The translations under genes and the position numbers were made by a program. 37,561 nt of DNA, from assembly GCA_902384455.1 (NCBI GenBank), contig CABMCB010000047.1:1-37561 (forward strand). Direction: 5' to 3'. Positions 35,080 through 37,561 of this stretch are shown here, piece by piece; the first letter of the stretch is position 1, and each line of letters begins with the position of its first letter. The stretch is from an uncultured archaeon (lineage in GTDB: Archaea > Altiarchaeota > Altiarchaeia > IMC4 > SCGC-AAA252-I15). Under the pieces are notes generated by a model. It did no database searches and was not told the DNA's origin. It saw nothing but the letters and a program-made list of their open reading frames with translations.

Positions 35080-37561
35080 CTATTTTTTGTCTCTTTTTAG
35101 GAGTCGTAGTATGTCTGCTACTCTTCTGAGCACCGTGTCTGCGAAGAACACTATGAGCGCAAGAAGTAGCACGTCTATGACAAGCGGCTTCTTCTCTATG
35201 GTATAGCGGGTGGACGTCTTTAGCGCATGGTCCAGTATGGCATTAAGCATCTGTGTTCTGTCCGCTTCGATGTAGACGCTGCTGTCTGTGGCGTTGGTTA
35301 TGTCGCTGAGGGTGTTGTAGTCTTCTCCGAGAGTGTAATATTCTTTCGGCGGGTTTACTGCTGCTGCGTCCACGTCGGAGTATCTGTCTGCGGTCGTGGA
35401 CATGGCGTAGAATCCTGTTTCGTTCGCAGCAATTTCTGTGCCGTAGGTGTCGACTGACACTCTGTGCACAGGCACGGGGTATGCTGCTGAGGCGTCTGGT
35501 GTGTGAACGAGAAGTTGCGGCTGGGTTGCCGACTCTATTCCCACGCTTAAGCCGTCACCGAAATAAACGTCGGCCGTCTTTATGCGCACGCCCCTGTCTT
35601 TCTCTATGTCGCCCACAACCCAGTTTACTGTCGCAGGAACAACCTGGGTTGAATACAACTGCGGAGACCACATGCTTCCGTCGTCGACTGTGATTGCGGC
35701 TACGCGGCCTAACCCGAAGTTCCATACTGTGAGGGCGGGTTGGCCTCGTACTGTGATTAGTAGTTGGGCTGCGGTTTTTTCGTAGACTTTGTTGTATCCT
35801 ATGGTGGTTGTTTCGTCTCCTTGGTTTGTTGCTAGTATGTCGCTTGTTTGTGCTGTGGGTATGCCTTGGGTTATGAAGTGGAATCTGTCGTTTAGGTGCA
35901 GCGGGGGTCTTTCTTTGTCTTTGTCTTGTTCTTCTTCTCCGAACTCTATTTTAAGGCGTTCTTGGGATTCGGGTCTGAAGTATATTCCGCGTCCGGCTTG
36001 CGCCAGGCTTGCCATCATGTTTTCGTCCGTGTCGAACCCTACTCCTACAGTGTAAACTCGGATGCCTGCGTCTGCCATGGATTTGGCTTGCTGGCGTGCT
36101 GCTGCTGCGTCGCTTGAGCTTACTACGCCGTCTGAAAGAAGCACCACGTACCTTGCTCCTTCAGTGCCTTCGAACATTCCGGCCGCAGACTGTAGCGCCG
36201 GGGTTATTGCTGTTCCTCCGTTGAACCTTAGTCTTAGGATTCGGTCTTCGATGTCGCTTCTTGTGTCGTATAGCTTCGCCATCTGGCCTAAAACGTACGG
36301 TTGGGTGTTGAATGCGAGCACTCCGACGGTGTCGTTGAGGTCGAGGTCGTGTATCATGCGGACGGCTTGCGCTTTTTCCTGTTCTATCTTTGTTGCTTCG
36401 CCTCCTTTGGCGTATTCTGTGGAGAGGCTTATGTCTATGAGGAATACGACGTTGACTTTTTTGCGGCGTTCCATCGGCTTCTCCTCGGATTTCACTGGTA
36501 GGAGAGTTTCTACGTAGCTGTTGTTGTATCCTCCTTGGTCGAAGCTGTTTTTGCCGCCAACAAACAGTAGTCCTCCGCCTTTGGTGACGAAGTCCTTGAG
36601 CGTGTCGACTGTCTGCCTGTCGAATTGGTCGCTTGAAACGTCGTCCAAGACTACTGCTTGGAAAGTGGAGACTGACGGCGGGAGGTGACCTACAGTAGTC
36701 ATGTTGGTGATTTGGTCCAGTATCTGCGTCAAAGGCGACGTCCGGTTAGTCACCACGAGAACGCGAGGCGGAGACACGACCTCCACTGTCTTAAGCATCC
36801 TGTTGTTTACGTCAATAGCGTCCTTTGTCGACGGAGTTATGCGCGCCTCAATCTCCTCAACGCCCTCCCCCTTAAACTGGAGAGTCAAAGTGTGGAGCAT
36901 GCTGGCGTCCTCCTGCCTAACGAACTTCTTGTAGTCCCTGCGGCCGTTCACGTACACTTCAAGGTTGTATTCCGCGGGGCCGTTGCCTATCTTGTTGACT
37001 GCGACGCCGAGGTCGTAGGATGATTTTACGGGAATCTTGGAGGCGCCAAGTAGAGCCGAAACGTAGACGTCGCTTAGTTCGTCGGAGGGCATGATGGCGA
37101 ATATCGTGTGGTTGGCTTCGCTCATCGCCTTGGCGACTTGGACTGGGGGTCGGCCTGCTGTTTGGCGGCCGTCTGATACTAGTATGTACATTGAGGGTGC
37201 GTTTGCGCGGACCATCTCTTGGTATAGTGCGTCTCCTATGCGTGTTTCGTTTCCGCTGCTGAATGTTTGTAGGGCTATGTTTGTGGATGAGCCGCTGATG
37301 TTTCCTGCCATTCCCCTTAGGTCCATTAGAATCAGTTCTCCTAGTTCTCTTGTGTGGGGGTAGAGTGCCATGCTTGATGAGTCGTCCACGAGCACTGTGA
37401 CTGGGGGCAGTTCGGAAAGCATCTGTTTGCTTTCTGCAAGGTATGGTTGCGCTATGGCTATTGCGAGCAGAAGTATGAGGAAGTATCTCACCAGGAGGTA
37501 TCTCAGTTTCTTTCCTGTGAGTCCGCCCCGCATGACGTATAATGTGAGAAGCAGGGCCGCC
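35080..37561 (-). CDS. vWA-domain membrane protein with glutamine-amidotransferase-like domain (5' end outside window)
   Basis: Two MIDAS-like motifs (VDDSSSM..VSDG; IDISLST..GGT..LSDG), GGGLLFVGGKNSF..GGY, WNFGLGRVAA, C-terminal TM. The frame stays open past 37533 to the window edge. Confidence 0.85.
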   Translation of the reverse strand, partial: AALLLTLYVMRGGLTGKKLRYLLVRYFLILLLAIAIAQPYLAESKQMLSELPPVTVLVDDSSSMALYPHTRELGELILMDLRGMAGNISGSSTNIALQTFSSGNETRIGDALYQEMVRANAPSMYILVSDGRQTAGRPPVQVAKAMSEANHTIFAIMPSDELSDVYVSALLGASKIPVKSSYDLGVAVNKIGNGPAEYNLEVYVNGRRDYKKFVRQEDASMLHTLTLQFKGEGVEEIEARITPSTKDAIDVNNRMLKTVEVVSPPRVLVVTNRTSPLTQILDQITNMTTVGHLPPSVSTFQAVVLDDVSSDQFDRQTVDTLKDFVTKGGGLLFVGGKNSFDQGGYNNSYVETLLPVKSEEKPMERRKKVNVVFLIDISLSTEYAKGGEATKIEQEKAQAVRMIHDLDLNDTVGVLAFNTQPYVLGQMAKLYDTRSDIEDRILRLRFNGGTAITPALQSAAGMFEGTEGARYVVLLSDGVVSSSDAAAARQQAKSMADAGIRVYTVGVGFDTDENMMASLAQAGRGIYFRPESQERLKIEFGEEEQDKDKERPPLHLNDRFHFITQGIPTAQTSDILATNQGDETTTIGYNKVYEKTAAQLLITVRGQPALTVWNFGLGRVAAITVDDGSMWSPQLYSTQVVPATVNWVVGDIEKDRGVRIKTADVYFGDGLSVGIESATQPQLLVHTPDASAAYPVPVHRVSVDTYGTEIAANETGFYAMSTTADRYSDVDAAAVNPPKEYYTLGEDYNTLSDITNATDSSVYIEADRTQMLNAILDHALKTSTRYTIEKKPLVIDVLLLALIVFFADTVLRRVADILRLLKRDKK

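Overview
Archaeal chromosomal segment. It has TATA boxes about 22-27 nt upstream of start codons, a box C/D sRNA, MJ1316, beta-CASP and DUF763 genes. Gene content and style suggest a DPANN-type lineage such as Altiarchaeota (inference). Positions 39-12592 hold five large secreted/surface proteins, four with a recognisable hydrolase: a GH19 lysozyme/chitinase, an HExxH metalloprotease, a papain-like lipoprotein and a C39-like peptidase. These are followed by argG-argH, housekeeping/transport genes, orphan kinase-like proteins (including a tandem paralog pair) and a 5'-truncated vWA membrane protein. Two non-coding RNAs were read from intergenic sequence. One is a box C/D guide RNA (- strand, ~16691-16763) whose D guide places tRNA-Met C34 exactly at the methylation position. 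The other is an unidentified, highly structured ~190-nt RNA (26204-26394) with its own TATA box, divergent from an MJ1316 RNA-end-recognition gene and near a PP-loop ATPase and a beta-CASP nuclease. The window also alternates between G/T-rich and A/C-rich patches that switch inside genes. No CRISPR array, rRNA, tRNA, transposase, integrase or reverse transcriptase was seen.
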